A stretch of DNA of 64,000 bases, from contig NC_086107.1 of NCBI RefSeq assembly GCF_963921235.1, forward strand, positions 92,816,001-92,880,000. The letters are read 5' to 3'. Shown in pieces: positions 36,999 through 50,550 of the stretch. The translations under genes were made by a program, and so were the position numbers. The notes below the pieces were generated by a model. It did not search any database, was not told where the DNA came from, and saw only the letters and a program-made list of their open reading frames with translations. The stretch is from Mobula hypostoma (lineage: Eukaryota). Numbering within the stretch: the stretch's first letter is position 1; every line of letters starts with the position of its first letter.

Positions 36999-37945
36999 TT
37001 GAGTTGTGGAGTCCGTGAGAGTGAGTCTATAGGCTGTGTTCAGTCGTTAGCTCAGTGTTGAGGTGAGGGACGTTGTCCATACTGGTTCATAAGTTTGACG
37101 GTTGCAGGGCATTAACTGTTCCTGAACCCAGTGGTGTGGGACCTAAAGCTCCTGCATCTCCTTCCCAATGGCAGCAGCGAGAAGAGAGCATGACCTGGGT
37201 GCTGGGATTCCTCGATGATGGACACTGCTTTCTTGTGGCAGCGCTCCTTGTAGATCTGGTCAGCGGTGGGGAGGGCCTTGCCCGTGATTAACTGTAATTG
37301 ACCCTTACTAGTATGTCACATGTAGCGAGAAAAACTGAAAATCTTTCGCTTGAATGCCATGCAGACAAATCATTCCACTCTAGGGGTGATACAGCAAGGA
37401 AACAGGTGGATGTAACAGACAGCTGACAACAAACCCTGGTGAGTTTAAAGGAAGCATGGGAACTCGGGCACCAAGAACTTTAAAGAGGCACGGGGAAAGA
37501 GTCTGGTTAGGAGCATGGGGAGCCACACCCCAGAAATTTTACACAGAAGGGAGTGTGGGAGCAGGACTCCTCGGTGTTCAAAGGGATGGCGGGACCCTTC
37601 TGAACCAGTTGTCAAACTATTGGGATTTCCAAGCAACGTCAGAGTTCAACTATTTCAGGGTGCTGCATCAGCAAGTTTGCAGCGCTTGGAGGTTCATGGC
37701 AGGGAGATTTTCTCCCTTCTGCCATCTGCGTGAGATGATGGGGCTATCGGGACTTTGAGACTTTCTTTTACCGTGCCCATGGTCTGCTCTTTATCAAATT
37801 ATAGCATTACTTTGCACTGTTGTAACTATATGTTATAATTAAAAACAAAAACAACAGGAATTCTGCAGATGCTGGAAATTCAAGCAACACACATCAAAGT
37901 TGCTGGTGAACACAGCAGGCCAAGCAGCATCTATAGGAAGAGGCG

Positions 37946-37982
37946 CAGTCGACGTTTCAGGCCGAGACCCTTCATCAGGACG
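37946..37982 (-). ncRNA. Minimal type-I hammerhead ribozyme motif in the PLE 3' terminal repeat
   Basis: gtc-CTGATGA-agggtctcggcct-GAAA-cg-TC-gac: complete core, GUC triplet, palindromic ACGU stem III. Confidence 0.85.
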
Positions 37983-38280
37983 AACTGAAGGAAGAGTGAG
38001 TAAGGGATTTGAAAGCTGGAGGGGGAGGGGGAGATGCAAAATGATAGAAGAAGACAGGAGGAGGAGGGACGGAGCCAAGAGCTGGACAGGTGATAGGCAA
38101 AAGGGGATACGAGAGGATCATGGGACAGGAGGTCCGGGAAGAAAGACGGCGGGGGGGGGGGGTGACCCAGAGGATGGGCAAGAGGTATATTCAGAGGGAC
38201 AGAGGGAGAAAAAGGAGAGTGAGAGAAAGAATGTGTGCATAAAAATGAGTAACAGATGGGGTACGAGGGGGAGGTGGGGC

Positions 38281-40913
38281 CTAGCGGAAGTTAGAGAAGT
38301 CAATGTTCATGCCATCAGGTTGGAGGCTACCCAGACGGAATATAAGGTGTTGTTCCTCCAACCTGAGTGTGGCTTCATCTTAACAGTAGAGGAGGCCGTG
38401 GATAGACATGTCAGAATGGGAATGGGATGTGGAATTAAAATGTGTGGCCACTGGGAGATCCTGCTTTCTCTGGCGGACAGAGCGTAGATGTTCAGCAAAG
38501 CGGTCTCCCAGTCTGCGTCGGGTCTCACCAATATATAAAAGGCCACATCGGGAGCACCAGACGCAGTATATCACCCCAGACTCACAGGTGAAGTGATGCC
38601 TCACCTGGAAGGACTGTTTGGGGCCCTGAATGATGGTAAGGGAGGAAGTGTAAGGGCATGTGTAGCACTTGTTCCGCTTACACGGATAAGTGCCAGGAGG
38701 GAGATCAGTGGGGAGGGATGGGGGGGACGAATGGACAAGGGAGTTGTGTAGGGAGCGATCCCTGCGGAATGCAGAGGGGGGGGGAGGGAAAGATGTGCTT
38801 AGTGGTGGGATCCCGTTGGAGGTGGCGGAAGTTACGGAGAATAATATGTTGGACCCGGAGGCTGGTGGGGTGGTAGGTGAGGACCAGGGGAACCCTATTC
38901 CTAGTGGGGTGGTGGGAGGATGGAGTGAGAGCAGATGTACGTGAAATGGGGGAGATGCGTTTAAGAGCAGAGTTGATAGTGGAGGAAGGGAAGCCCCTTT
39001 CTTTAAAAAATGAAGACATCTCCCTCGTCCTAGAATGAAAAGCCTCATCCTGAGAGCAGATGCGGCGGAGACGGAGGAATTGCGAGAAGGGGATGGCGTT
39101 TTTGCAAGAGACAGGGTGAGAAGAGGAATAGTCCAGATAGCTGTGAGAGTCAGTAGGCTTATAGTAGACATCAGTGGATAAGCTGTCTCCAGAGACAGAG
39201 ACAGAAAGATCTAGAAAGGGGAGGGAGGTGTCGGAAATGGACCAGGTAAACTTGAGGGCAGGGTGAAAGTTGGAGACAAAGTTAATAAAGTCAACGAGTT
39301 CTGCATGCGTGCAGGAAGCAGCGCCAATGCAGTCGTCGATGTAGCGAAGGAAAAGTGGGGGACAGATGAACATAGATTGTTCCACAAACCCAACAAAAAG
39401 GCAGGCATAGCTAGGACCCATACGGGTTCCCATAGCTACACCTTTAGTTTGGAGGAAATGGGAGGAGCAAAAGGAGAAATTATTAAGAGTAAGGACTAAT
39501 TCCGCTAGACAGAGCAGAGTGGTGGTAGAGGGGAACTGATTAGGTCTGGAATCCAAAAAGAAGCGTAGAGCTTTGAGACCTTCCTGATGGGGGATGGAAG
39601 TATATAGGGACTGGACATCCATGGTGAAAATAAAGCGGTGGGGGCCAGGGAACTTAAAATCATCGAAAAGTTTAAGAGCGTGAGAAGTGTCACGAACATA
39701 GGTCGGAAGGGATTGAACAAGGGGTGATAAAACAGTGTCGAGGTATGCAGAAACGAGTTCGGTGGGGCAGGAGCAAGCTGAGACAATAGGTCGGCCAGGA
39801 CAGGCAGGTTTGTGGATCTTGGGTAGGAGGTAGAAACGGGAAGTGCGGGGTGTGGGAACTATAAGGTTGGTAGCAGTGGATGGGAGATCCCCTGAGCGGA
39901 TAAAGTCGTTGATAGTGTGGGAGACAATGGCCTGGTGCTCCTTAGTGGGGTCACGATCGAGGGGTAAATAAGAGGAGGTATCCGCGAGTTGTCGCTGTGC
40001 CTCGGCAAGGTAGAGGTCAGTACGCCAGACTACAACAGCACCCCCTTTATCAGCGGGTTTAATAATAATGTTAGGATTAGTGCGGAGGGAGTGGAGAGCA
40101 GAGCGTTCCGAAGGAGTGAGGTTGGAATGGGGACAAGGTGCGGTGAAGTCGAGACGGTTGATGCCTCGTCGGCAGTTGGCAATAAAGAGATCCAGAGCAG
40201 GCAGAAGACCAGAGCGGGGTGTCCATGAAGAAGAGGAGGGTTGAAGACGGGAGAAGGGGTCATCGGTGGGGGTGGAAGAGTCCTTGCCGAAGAAGTAGGC
40301 TCGGAGACGGAGACGGCGGAAGAAAAGTTCCGCATCGTGGCGAACACGGAACTCGCTGAGGTGTGGGCGAACGGGGACAAAGGTGAGGCCCTTACTGAGG
40401 ACAGAGCGTTCTGCCTCCGACAGTTGAGGGTCGGAGGGGATGGTAAAGACCCGGCATGGATGAGAGCTGGGATCAGAGGGGGGAGGTGGGAGGCTGGGGG
40501 TGTCAATGGAGAGAGGAGGGTTGGGGTGAGAGGAAGATGGAGCCTCTGAGGGCCCAGGAGTTGACGGTGGGATCTGAGGAAGACGGGGCTGCGGAGTGGT
40601 GGTGGGGGAAGGGGAGACGGGAGTCACAACAGCAGCACATAAAGACCCGGCCTGGTGTTCAAGGCTGGAGTTGCAGTTGGTGGTTGCGTAATCACTTCGA
40701 ATGTGTCCATGGTCGTTGCTGGAGTCCGGGTTTTGAATATGTCCTGAGGTGTTGGAGCCGCCGAGATCAATGGTAGGGGCCGCAATTGAAAGTTCATGCC
40801 TGCTAGCGTCGGGGCCGGCAGGCTCTGGAGTCCGTAGATGTAAGATCTTGCGATCTTTGCCTAACATGACAAAGTCAAAAAAACGGCGATTGCAGGCGTG
40901 GATCCGACGGAGG
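38281..40913 (-). pseudogene. PLE RT-GIY-YIG polyprotein ORF with one frameshift (G9 run at 38776-38784) and one premature TAA (38380-38382)
   Basis: The 764-aa and 263-aa ORFs join across the homopolymer; reading continues DEATLRLEEQHLIFRLGSLQPDGMNIDFSNFR to TAG at 38281-38283. Confidence 0.85.
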
Positions 40914-42038
40914 ATGTTATAATTATGTGGTTTTGTCAGTTTTAGTCTTGGTTTGCCCTGTGTTTCTTGTGATATCATTCTGGAGGAACATTGTATCATT
41001 TTTTAATGCATGCATTTCTAAATGACAATAAACGAGGACTGAGTGTCCTCATAATCAAATCTAAAAACAAAACTAATCACGCAACACAAGGGTTATAGAT
41101 AGGACAGGACGGATTATACATGCAAGTAGGCTTTTTCCACTGACGTTGGGTGAGGCTAGAACTAGGTTAAGGGTGAAAGGTGAAATATATAAGGAACTTC
41201 TTCACTCAGAGGGTAGAGAGAATGTGGAAGGAGCTGTTCGCGAACGTGGTGGATACAGCTTTGATTTCAGCAGTTGATAGAAATTTGGATAAGTACATGG
41301 CGGGAGGTGTATGGTCCAAGTGTGGATCAATGGGTCTGGGCAGAATAACAGTTCTGCATGGTCCATAAGTGCCTGTTTCTGTGCTGTAATGTTCTATGAC
41401 TCTAAGTAGGTTTAAGTGGTTATTACACAGAGCATTACCTATGTCTAATGGGGGGGGGGGAAGAGTCTAATATTGCAGTCCTTCCTCACAGAGCCTCTGT
41501 CGTGACTTGCCATTTATCTTGCAGGCCTGAGCCCCCAGACTGAAAGTTCTGGTCACAATCAGTCCCTTGCGCTAGAAGATAAAACAAAGTATGCCCTCCA
41601 TAGAGTTGATGACCCTCCTGGGCAAAGTTTGGTGTTTGTCGCAGGGAGCACAGTCCTGTGATAAAGACTGAAGACGAAAGAAATGAGCTTCATTTGTACC
41701 TTGAACACCAAAACATACGGTGAGATGCATCGTTTACATCAATGACCAGGACAGTCGAAGGATGTGCTGGGGGCAGCCCACAAGTATCGCCATGCTTCTG
41801 GCGATATATACGGTGACAAATATGTACTTTGATAATCAATTTAGTTTAAATTTTGAACTTTGCCAACAACTTACTAATTGATTATATCATTACAGAGCCT
41901 GCCATTAGTTTTGGTTACAATATTTATGTATGTCAATATTGCATGAATTTTTCATTCCAATTATTTTATCAGAAATAAGTTTGAGAAGTTATTACACAGA
42001 GTCCTGCCTTGGTCTGGTAGTTGAAGGATCTATTATTA

Positions 42039-42238
42039 AAGTCTGCAGATGCTGGAAATCCAAAGCAACACACACAAAATGCTGGAGGAACTCAGCAGGT
42101 CAGGCAGTGTCTATGGAAATGAAGAAACAGTCGACGTTTCGAGCCGAAACCTGTCTTCAGGACTGAGAAGGAAGGGGGAAGATGCCAGAATAAAAAGGTG
42201 GGGGAGGGGGGGAAGGAGAATTAGCTAGAAGGTGGTGG
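42039..42238 (-). mobile_element. Penelope terminal repeat with hammerhead core (42128-42165)
   Basis: Reverse complement reads cagtcCTGAAGAcaggtttcggctcGAAAcgTCgactg; stem II mismatched. Confidence 0.8.
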
Positions 42239-42239
42239 C

Positions 42240-43745
42240 ACTTTGTTTTCAAATCTTTTTATTGTGAAGCAACATCAGCTTAACCACAACTGACAATGTC
42301 CTAAAGTACAATGCTTGTTTTTCCTTTTCTTTCTTATAACAACATAATGAAAGTCAAATGAATGTACGTAAACAAGCAAAAAGCAAAGGAAACTCTACCA
42401 CCCTGTCTCCGTTCCCCTTTCCCAGCCCTACCCTCCCCTCACCCCTCCCGTACGTGCTATTTAGGTGCTACCGCCCCACACTTAGTTCAGCTGTCGGTCT
42501 CTTTGAAATACAACAGTAATGGTTGCCAGATTTTTTCAAATTCATTGAGTCTCTCCTTGATAACATATCTTATCCGCTCTAGATGCAGAGTATCCATTAA
42601 TGCAACCAGCCATTGTCTGAGTGATGGAGTTTCCTCCTTTTTCTAGAACATCAGTATGAGTTTCTTTCCATTAAGTATGCCATAGGTCAGGAGTTGTTGC
42701 TGGATAGCCTGGAATTTATTTGACCTCGCAGAAGTTCCAAAAATTACTAAAGTGAGGTCTGGTATTATCTGAACCTTTAGTACCTTCGATAGGACCTCAA
42801 ATATTTGCTTCCAGTACTCTTGTATCCTGAGACATAAAGCATAACTATGTAACAAATTTGCTTCTGAGGACTTGCATTTCTCACACATTAGGGACACCTC
42901 TGGGAATATTTTATAACCATACAACCATATAACAATTACAGCACAGAAACAGGCCATCTCGGCCCTTCTAGTCCGTGCCGAACTCTTGCTCTCACCTAGT
43001 CCCACTGACCTGCACTCAGCCCATAACCCTCCATTCCTTTCCTGTCTATATATCTACCAATTTAACTTTAAACAACAAATTTATGAATCCTTACTTTTGA
43101 GTAATGTAGTCTATGTTGGATTTTAAATTGTATTAAACAATGCCTGGCATTGATGGAACAGGAGTTAACATACTCCAAAGCCTCATTCCATATAACCTCC
43201 TCTATCTCTGTACCCAACTCCTTTTCCCACTCTTTTTTAATATTATCCATTGTTGTATGACACTTGTTTTCCATGGCATCGTACAGATAGGCGATAATGT
43301 GTTCTGTCCCTAAACATGATCTTAAATGATCATCTAATTTATCATGTTCTGCTGTCTTAAAACCAGAAATATGTGATCTTATGTAGTGTCTTAGCTGGAG
43401 ATACCTGAAAAAATGAGTCTTTTGCAATCTGAATTTGTCCTGGAGCTGCCGAAATGATCCAAAAATCCCTTGTATGTATAAATCTCCAACGCTGCATATC
43501 CCTAATTCTCACCATGCATCAAAGGCACCATCTATGCATGAGGGCTTAAAGAGGGGTTCGCTGATATAGGTACAAGAAAAGATAATGTTCTGAGTTTCAA
43601 ATGCTTCCCCATTTGTCTCCACATCTATATGGTGCTATGGATACTGGGATTGCCTCTATAACAGGCTTTATTTAACCAAATAGGGGACATAATGATTGCC
43701 CCTATGGAATATGGTAGGCAATCCTCACGCTCCATCTCCAACCGA
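42240..43745 (-). mobile_element. L1/Tx1-clade LINE ORF2 C-terminus with a CR1-tail insert (about 42912-43077)
   Basis: FFRYLQLRHYI, LIQFKIQHRLHYS, CEKC...H...C (CCHC). Confidence 0.85.
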
Positions 43746-43754
43746 AGGTGATGG

Positions 43755-45910
43755 TACTTTATACTTTATTGTCGCCAAACAATTGATACTAGAACGTACA
43801 ATCATCACAGCGATATTTGAATCTGCGTTTCCTGCTCCCTGGATTTCAAATCGATAGTAAATATTAAAAATTTAAATTATAAGTCATATATAGAAAAAAG
43901 TAAGGTAGTGCAAAAAAAACCGAGAGGCAAGTCCGGATATTTGGAGGGGTACAGCCCAGATCCGGGTCAGGATCCGTTCAGCAGTCTTATCACAGTTGGA
44001 AAGAAGCTGTTCCCAAATCTGGCCACACGAGTCTTCAAGCTCCTGAGCCTTCTCCCGGAGGGAAGAGGGACGAAAAGTGTGTTGGCTGGGTGGGTCGTGT
44101 CCTTGATTATCCTGGCAGCACTGCTCCGACAGCCTGCAGAGTAAAGTGAGTCCAAGGACGGAAGATTGGTTTGTGTGATGTGCTGCGCCATGTTCACGAT
44201 CTTCTGCAGCTTCTTCCGGTCTTGGACAGGACAACTTCCATACCAGGTTGTGATGCACCCTAGAAGAATGTGAGGATTTTAAGGGATAGGTCAAATTTCT
44301 TTAGTTTTCTCAGGAAGTAAAGGCGCTGGTGGGCCTTCTTGGCAGTGGACTCTGCTTGGTTGGACCACGTCAGGTCATTTGTGATATTAACCCTGAGGAA
44401 CTTAAAGCTTCTGACCTGTTCCACTTGCGCACCACCGATGTAAATTGGGTTGTGCGATCCCCTACTCCTTCTGAAGTCAACAACCAATTCCTTCATCTTG
44501 CTGACATTGAGAGATAGGTTATTGTCTTTGCACCATGCCACCAGGTTCTTAATTTCCTCTCTGTACTCAAACTCATCATTACCCGAGATACAGCCTACAA
44601 CTGTTGCGTCATCAACAAACTTATATATTGAGTTCGATGGAAACTTGGCTACACAATCATGGATGTACAGTGAGTACAGCAGGGGGCTGAGTACATAGCC
44701 TTGTGGGTCACCAGTGCTCAGAGTGATTGTAGAGGAGAGCTTGTCCCCTATTTTTACAGCCTGGGTCCTGTCTGTGAGGAAGTTGAAGATCCAGCTGCAG
44801 ATCTGAGTGCTAAGGCCCAGGTTCTGGAGCTTAGGAATCAGTTTATTTGGAATGATGGTATTAAAGGCAGAGCTGTAGTCAATGAAAAGGAGCCTTACGT
44901 ATGCGTCTTTATTCTCCAGGTGTTCTAAGGAGGAATGTAGGGCCGGAGAGATGGCATCTGCCATTGACCTGTTGCTCCGGTAGGCGAATTGCAAAGTGTC
45001 GAGGTTGACCGGTAGGCTGTGGCTGATGTGTGCCGTAACCAATCGCTCGAAGCACTTCATAACAATTGATGTCAGAGCCACAGGTCGATAGTCATTCAGG
45101 CATGCCACCTTGCTCTTCTTCGGCACTGGGATTATCGTTGCCTTCTTAAAGCACGAGGGGATCTTAGACTGAAGCAAGGAGCAGTTGAAGGTGTCAGCAA
45201 ACATTCCAGCTAGCTCGCTTGCACAGGCCCAGAGAACCCCTCCCGGGACGCCATCTGGGCCCGTTGCCTTCTTTGGATTTATCTTCAGGAAGGCCCTTCT
45301 AACGTTCTCCTCAGTGACGATGAATCTCGATGCCACCAGGTCCAGTCAATCCGGAGGGAGTGGGATGCTCCTCTTCTGTTCGAATCTTGCGTAGAATACG
45401 TTAAGTTCATCAGGAAGAGAAGCGCCACAGTTATTGATATTCCCAGCCTTTTCTTTGTGCCCAGTGATCTCATTTAGACCCTGCCACAGTCTGCTGGCAT
45501 CCCTCTGTTTAGCCTGGGCTTCCAACTTGGCTTGATATTGCCTCTTGGTGCCCTTAATGGCTTTCCGGAGTTCACGCCTGGATTCCGTGTAGCGACTGGT
45601 ATCTCTGGACCTAAGAGCCGCAGCTCTAGGCTTCAAAAGGAATTTGACCTCATAATTCATCCAAGGTTTCCGGTTAGGGAATACCCAGATCGTCTTGCGA
45701 GACACACGGTCCTCTGTGCATTTCCAAATAAAGTCCGTGACAGCTGAGGCATACTCATCGAGGTCAGCTGCCGAGTCCTTGAATACTAACCAGTCCACCG
45801 ATTCAAAGCAGTCACGGAGGACCTCACCCGCTTCCTCCGTCCAACGCGACACTACTTTTGACACCGTGACCTCCCGCTTCAGTTTCTGTTTGTAAGCTGG
45901 GAGGAGGAGT
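43755..45910 (-). mobile_element. Relatively young Rex-Babar LINE, 5'-truncated
   Basis: 358-aa RT ORF with [37 protein letters not shown]. Confidence 0.95.
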
Positions 45911-46245
45911 AAACTATTGTTGTAGATTTAGTAAACCTATATATCTTTGGTATGTGGGAGAAAACTGGGGCACCCAGAGCAAACATATGCAGTCCGGAGG
46001 AGAACATTCAAACTCCATAGAGACAGTGGTGGCAGTTCAATCGCAACTGGTAATCGCTTGTGTTATAACGGTGTTGTGCTGGCACTGGGTTACTGTGCTA
46101 CCCACAACTGTTCTGATATGCAAGTGTTCTGGAGCCTCGACAAAGGCTGTTGTATTCCCTCCACCCTTTCCTGGAAACACACACCAGAAATTGATAGTCT
46201 CATAGGTAGCAAAAGAAAAACTGAATGCAGAATACAGGTTGCAGC

Positions 46246-46298
<53 letters not shown>

Positions 46299-46309
46299 CG
46301 AGAGAGAGA

Positions 46310-46600
46310 TGTGCTTTATTTGTTAAGTGTACATCAAGATATACAGTGAAATGTGTCATTAGCATCACCGAAGGATATGCTAAGGTCAGCCCGCAAGTGT
46401 CACCAAACCAAGCTTCCGTCACCAACATAGCACGCCTACAACTGGCTAACCTGCACGTCTTTGGAATGTGGGAGGAAACCGGAGCAGCGGGAGAAAAGTC
46501 ACAAGGTCATGGGAAGAACGCACAGACAGGGGCGGGAATTGAACCCGCTCTCCGGCACAGTAAAGCGATATGCTAACCACTTCGCTACTGCGCCTCCCAC
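46310..46600 (-). mobile_element. V-SINE preceded by (GA)n at 46247-46309
   Basis: tctttggaatgtgggaggaaaccggagc, gggaattgaaccc. Confidence 0.8.
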
Positions 46601-46696
46601 AATAGTTCTGATATGCCACAGTTCAGGAACCACTGCATCCCTTCTACCCTTTCCTGGAAACACACAATAGAAGTTGATAAACATAAAGCCATGAGC

Positions 46697-47530
46697 CTAT
46701 AAGACTATTAGACACAGAAGAGAATTAAGCCATTCAGCCCTTTGAATCTACTCCATCATTCCATCATGGATGATTTATTAACCCTCTCAACTCCATTCTC
46801 CTGCCTTCTCCCTGTAACCTTTATAGGCATCCGTTAGTCTCGTGAGACCATGGATTTGCGCCTTGGCAAGGTTGTATGGAAGACCAGCGGTTGCCCATGC
46901 TGCAAGTCTCCCCTCTCCATGTCACCGATGTTGTCCAAGGGAAGGGCATTAGGACCCATACAGCTTGGCACCGGTGTCGTGGCAGAGCAATGTGTGGTTA
47001 AGTGCCTTGCTCAAAGACACAACACGCTGCCTCAGCCAAGGCTCGAACTAGTGACCTTCAAATCACTAGACGAATGCTTTAGCCACTTGGCCACATGCCA
47101 ACACTGTAACCTTTAATACTCTCACTAATTAAGAACCTATCAACCTCCGCTTTAAATGTACTCAATGACTTGGCCTCCACAGCCACCCATGGCAATGAAT
47201 TCCACAGATTCACCACTCTCTGGCTAAAGAAATTCCTCGTCATCTCTGTTCTAAAGGGACATCCTTCTATTCTGAAGCTATGCCCTCTGGTCCTAGACTT
47301 CTCCATGATAGGTTTCAATGAGATCCTCCCTTCATTCTTCTAAACTCTAGTGAGTACAGGCCCGGGGCCATCAAATGCTCCTCATACATTAACCTTTTCA
47401 TTTCCAGGATCATTCTCGTGAACTTAGTCTGAACCCTCTTCCATTTCAGCCTATTTTTAGATGTGGGGCCCAAAGCTGCTCTCAATGCACCAAGTCTGGT
47501 CTGACTAATGCCTTATAAAGCCCTAGCAGT
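46697..47530 (-). mobile_element. CR1 3' fragment hosting SINE copy 3
   Basis: SRTRGHSFRIEG...FFSQRVVNLWNSLP. Confidence 0.85.
46824..47103 (-). mobile_element. tRNA-derived SINE, copy 3
   Basis: TSD ctgtaaccttta at 46812-46823 and 47104-47115. Confidence 0.9.
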
Positions 47531-48392
47531 ACAATCCCATCTGCAGTGCCTTATGGGCAGATGCAATTGGACTGAGAGTCGGTCTACGCGTGAAAGGAAT
47601 GAAAAGGGAGAGCCCTTCTCACCAGCAGCCAGGCAAAATCTTGGTTCCCACTGAAAGCTCATGAGAGAAATCTTTTCTGCCATATGGCCTTGACAGTCTG
47701 CTCAGGAAACTGTGCAACAAAATGCACAGGGCTTCAAGCAAGTCCAGACCATTACTGACTGACTTCTGATCAACAATGTCCAACCATACAACCATCAGGC
47801 TCCTGAACCGACGTGGATAGCTTCACACAGCTTAACACTGAACTGACTCCACAATCTACAGACTCAATTTCAAGGATTCTATAACTCACAAATTCAGTGT
47901 TATTTATTTACTTTTTACTATTTGCATGATTTGTCTTCTTTTGCACATTGGTCTGTCAGTCTTTGTTATTTATAAATACTGATTTTTCAGATTCCAATTT
48001 TAGATTTATTTATCTTGAAACATAAAACGAAACGACCAACACACCCAAGGATGTGTGGGGGTTTCCCGCAAGTGTCGCCACGCATTCTGGCACCAAAAAT
48101 GCGTGCCCACAAAATGTTCAACGCAGCAACACATGCAGTGACAACAACAACAGAACGCCAGTAAATACAAGCCTCTTTACCACCCTCACACACAGGCCGC
48201 CAATCGCAAGACAGGCTGCTTCCAGGTCTCCAGTCTTTAGCACCAGAATCTCAAACTCGCAGACACTGGGCCTCTGATCTCCACATTTTTCCTAGTATTT
48301 TCACTAAAATTTGTCAAGAACTATTTCAATGTCTTTATTTTCCTGCAAGTGTCTACAAGAAAATGAACCTCAGGGTAATATATGGTGACACA

Positions 48393-49120
48393 TACACTCA
48401 GTGGCCACTTTATTAGATCGACCTGCTCCTTAATGCAAATATCGAATCAGCCAACAATGTGACAGCAACTCAATACATAAGATGCTAAGACAATAAGACA
48501 TAGGAGCAGAATTAGGCCATTTGATCCATTGAGTCTGTTCTGCCATTCAATCCTAGCTAATCCTTTTTTCCTCCTCCTCAACCCCACTCCCCGGCTTTCT
48601 CCTCGTAACCTTTGATGCTGTGGCCAATCAAGAACCCTATCAATCTCTGCCTTAAATACACCCAACAACCTGACCTCCACAGCTGTCTGTGGTAACAAAT
48701 TCCACAAATTCACCATCCTCTGGCTAAAGTAATTACTCCATGTCTCTGTTTTAAATGGACGCCCCTCTATCCAGAGGCTGTGCCCTCTCGTCCTAGACTC
48801 CCACACGAAGAGAAACATCCTTTTCACATCTAAGCATGCAGACATAGTCAGGAGGTTCAGTTCTTGTTCAGACTAAATGTCAGAATGGAGAACAATGTAA
48901 TCTAAGTAACTTCGATCATAAAACGATTGTTGGTGCCAGATGGGGTGGTTTGAGTATCTGATAAACTTCTGATCTCATGGGATTTTCACACACAACGGTT
49001 TCTAGAGTTTACAGAGAATGGTGTGAAAAGCAAAAAGAAACATCCAGTGAGCATCAATTCTGCTAATGAAAGAGATCAGATGAGAGTGACCAGACCAGTT
49101 CAAGCTGATACAGAGGCAAC
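48393..49120 (+). mobile_element. Tc1 non-autonomous element fragment with a CR1 3' insert (about 48486-48831)
   Basis: TIR tacactcagtggccactttattag; CR1 SRTRGHSLW...FSQRMVNLWN on the minus strand. Confidence 0.8.
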
Positions 49121-49384
49121 GCCTGGTGGTCCTGGCGTGGACGCTACATAGTCTCCTCCCTGATGGAAGTGGGACAAAAATCTGAATCTGAACCTGAAAT
49201 GTGTGGCCATGCTTTTACCACTACCCTCCAGAAATCCTACAGTTAACTCAAACTGATCTCAGAGCCATAGAGGAATGAGATAGCTTGGTTGGTTGAGTGG
49301 TATCACAACAACAATCTTGCTCTCAACGTCAGTAAAGAATTGATTGTGCACTTAAGTTAAGTTAAGTTTGGTTAAGTTAAGTTA

Positions 49385-50135
49385 AGTTTGGTGTCAAGTT
49401 AGGAAAAGGGGAAGTACAATGAGATCTAGGAGTCCTTGTTCATCAGTCACTGAAAGTAAGAATGCAGGTACAGCAGGCAGTGAAGAAAGCTAATGGCATG
49501 TTGGCCTTCATAACAAGGGGAGTTGAGTATAGGAGCAAAGAGGTCCTTCTGCAGTTGTACAGGGCCCTGGTGAGACCACACCTGGAGTATTGTGTGCAGT
49601 TTTGGTCTCCAAATTTGAGGAAGGACACTCTTGCTATTGAGGGAGTACAGTGTAGGTTCACAAGGTTAATTCCCGGGATGGCGGGACTGTCATATGTTGA
49701 AAGATTGGAGCAACTGGACTTGTATACACTGGAATTTAGAAGGATGAGAGGGGAGCTGATTGAAACAAATAAGATTATTAAGGGATTGGATACGCTAGAG
49801 GCAGGAAACATGTTTCCGATGTTGGGTGAGTCCAGAACCAAAGGGCACAGTTTAAGAATAAGGGGTAGACCATTTAGAACGGAGTTGAGGAAAAACTTTT
49901 TCACCCAGAGAGTTGTGGATCTGTGGAGTGCTCTACCTCAAAAGGCAGTGGAGGCCAATTCTCTGGATGCTTTCAAGAAAGAGATGGAGCTCTTGAAGGT
50001 AGCGGGGCCAGGGGATATGGGGAGAAGGCAGGAACGGGGTACTGATTGTGGATGATCAGCCATGATCACAGTGAATGGCGGTGCTGGTTTGAAGGGCTGA
50101 ATGGCCTACTCCTGCACCTATTGTCTATTGTCTAT
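49385..50135 (+). mobile_element. CR1/HER1-like LINE 3' end
   Basis: 197-aa [22 protein letters not shown]...FFTQRVVDLWSALP. Confidence 0.95.
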
Positions 50136-50550
50136 GCAAGATGGGGAAGTCAGGCAACACACACCAGTCCTCATCGCAGCAATGGAAAGGATGAGCAGCT
50201 TCAGGTTCCTGGTGTCAACACCTCTTAGTCAACATCCTGGGCCAAGCGTATTGATTCAATCACAAAGAATGTACAAGATCAATAAAGCCTGCAACGGGTG
50301 GTAATCTCAGTCAGTTCCATCATGAGCATGAGCCTTCCCTCCATCAAGGTTATCTCCAAACGGCGGTGCCTCAGGAAACATCATTAATTACTACGGACTC
50401 TCACCATCAGGGCATGCCCTCTTCCCATTTCTACCATTGGGGAGGAGGTACAGGAGCCTGAAGACACACACTCGACATTTTACGAACAGCTTCTTCCCCT
50501 CCGCCATCAGATTTCTGAATGGCCCATGAACCCTCCAACACTACCTCACT

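Larger units (their letters stand above)
37842..40913 (-). mobile_element. Neptune-type Penelope-like retroelement, 5'-truncated and nearly intact
   Basis: RT motifs KPADKG, YLLPKIHK, GRPIVS, MDVQSLYTSI, GVAMG, RYIDD; linker C-x4-C-x2-C; GIY-YIG GVIYC...YIGET; TSD atgttataatta at 37830-37841 and 40914-40925. Confidence 0.95.

Noticed and set aside
40914..40999. Apparent ATG start of the 764-aa ORF
   Set aside because: It lies outside the TSD in the host repeat, so the frame is open by chance; the PLE is 5'-truncated
41525..41588. Possible 64-nt exon (tcttgcag|...aaa|gtatgc; LSPQTESSGHNQSLALEDKT)
   Set aside because: Weak donor, no recognisable protein and no partner exons; cannot be supported without RNA data
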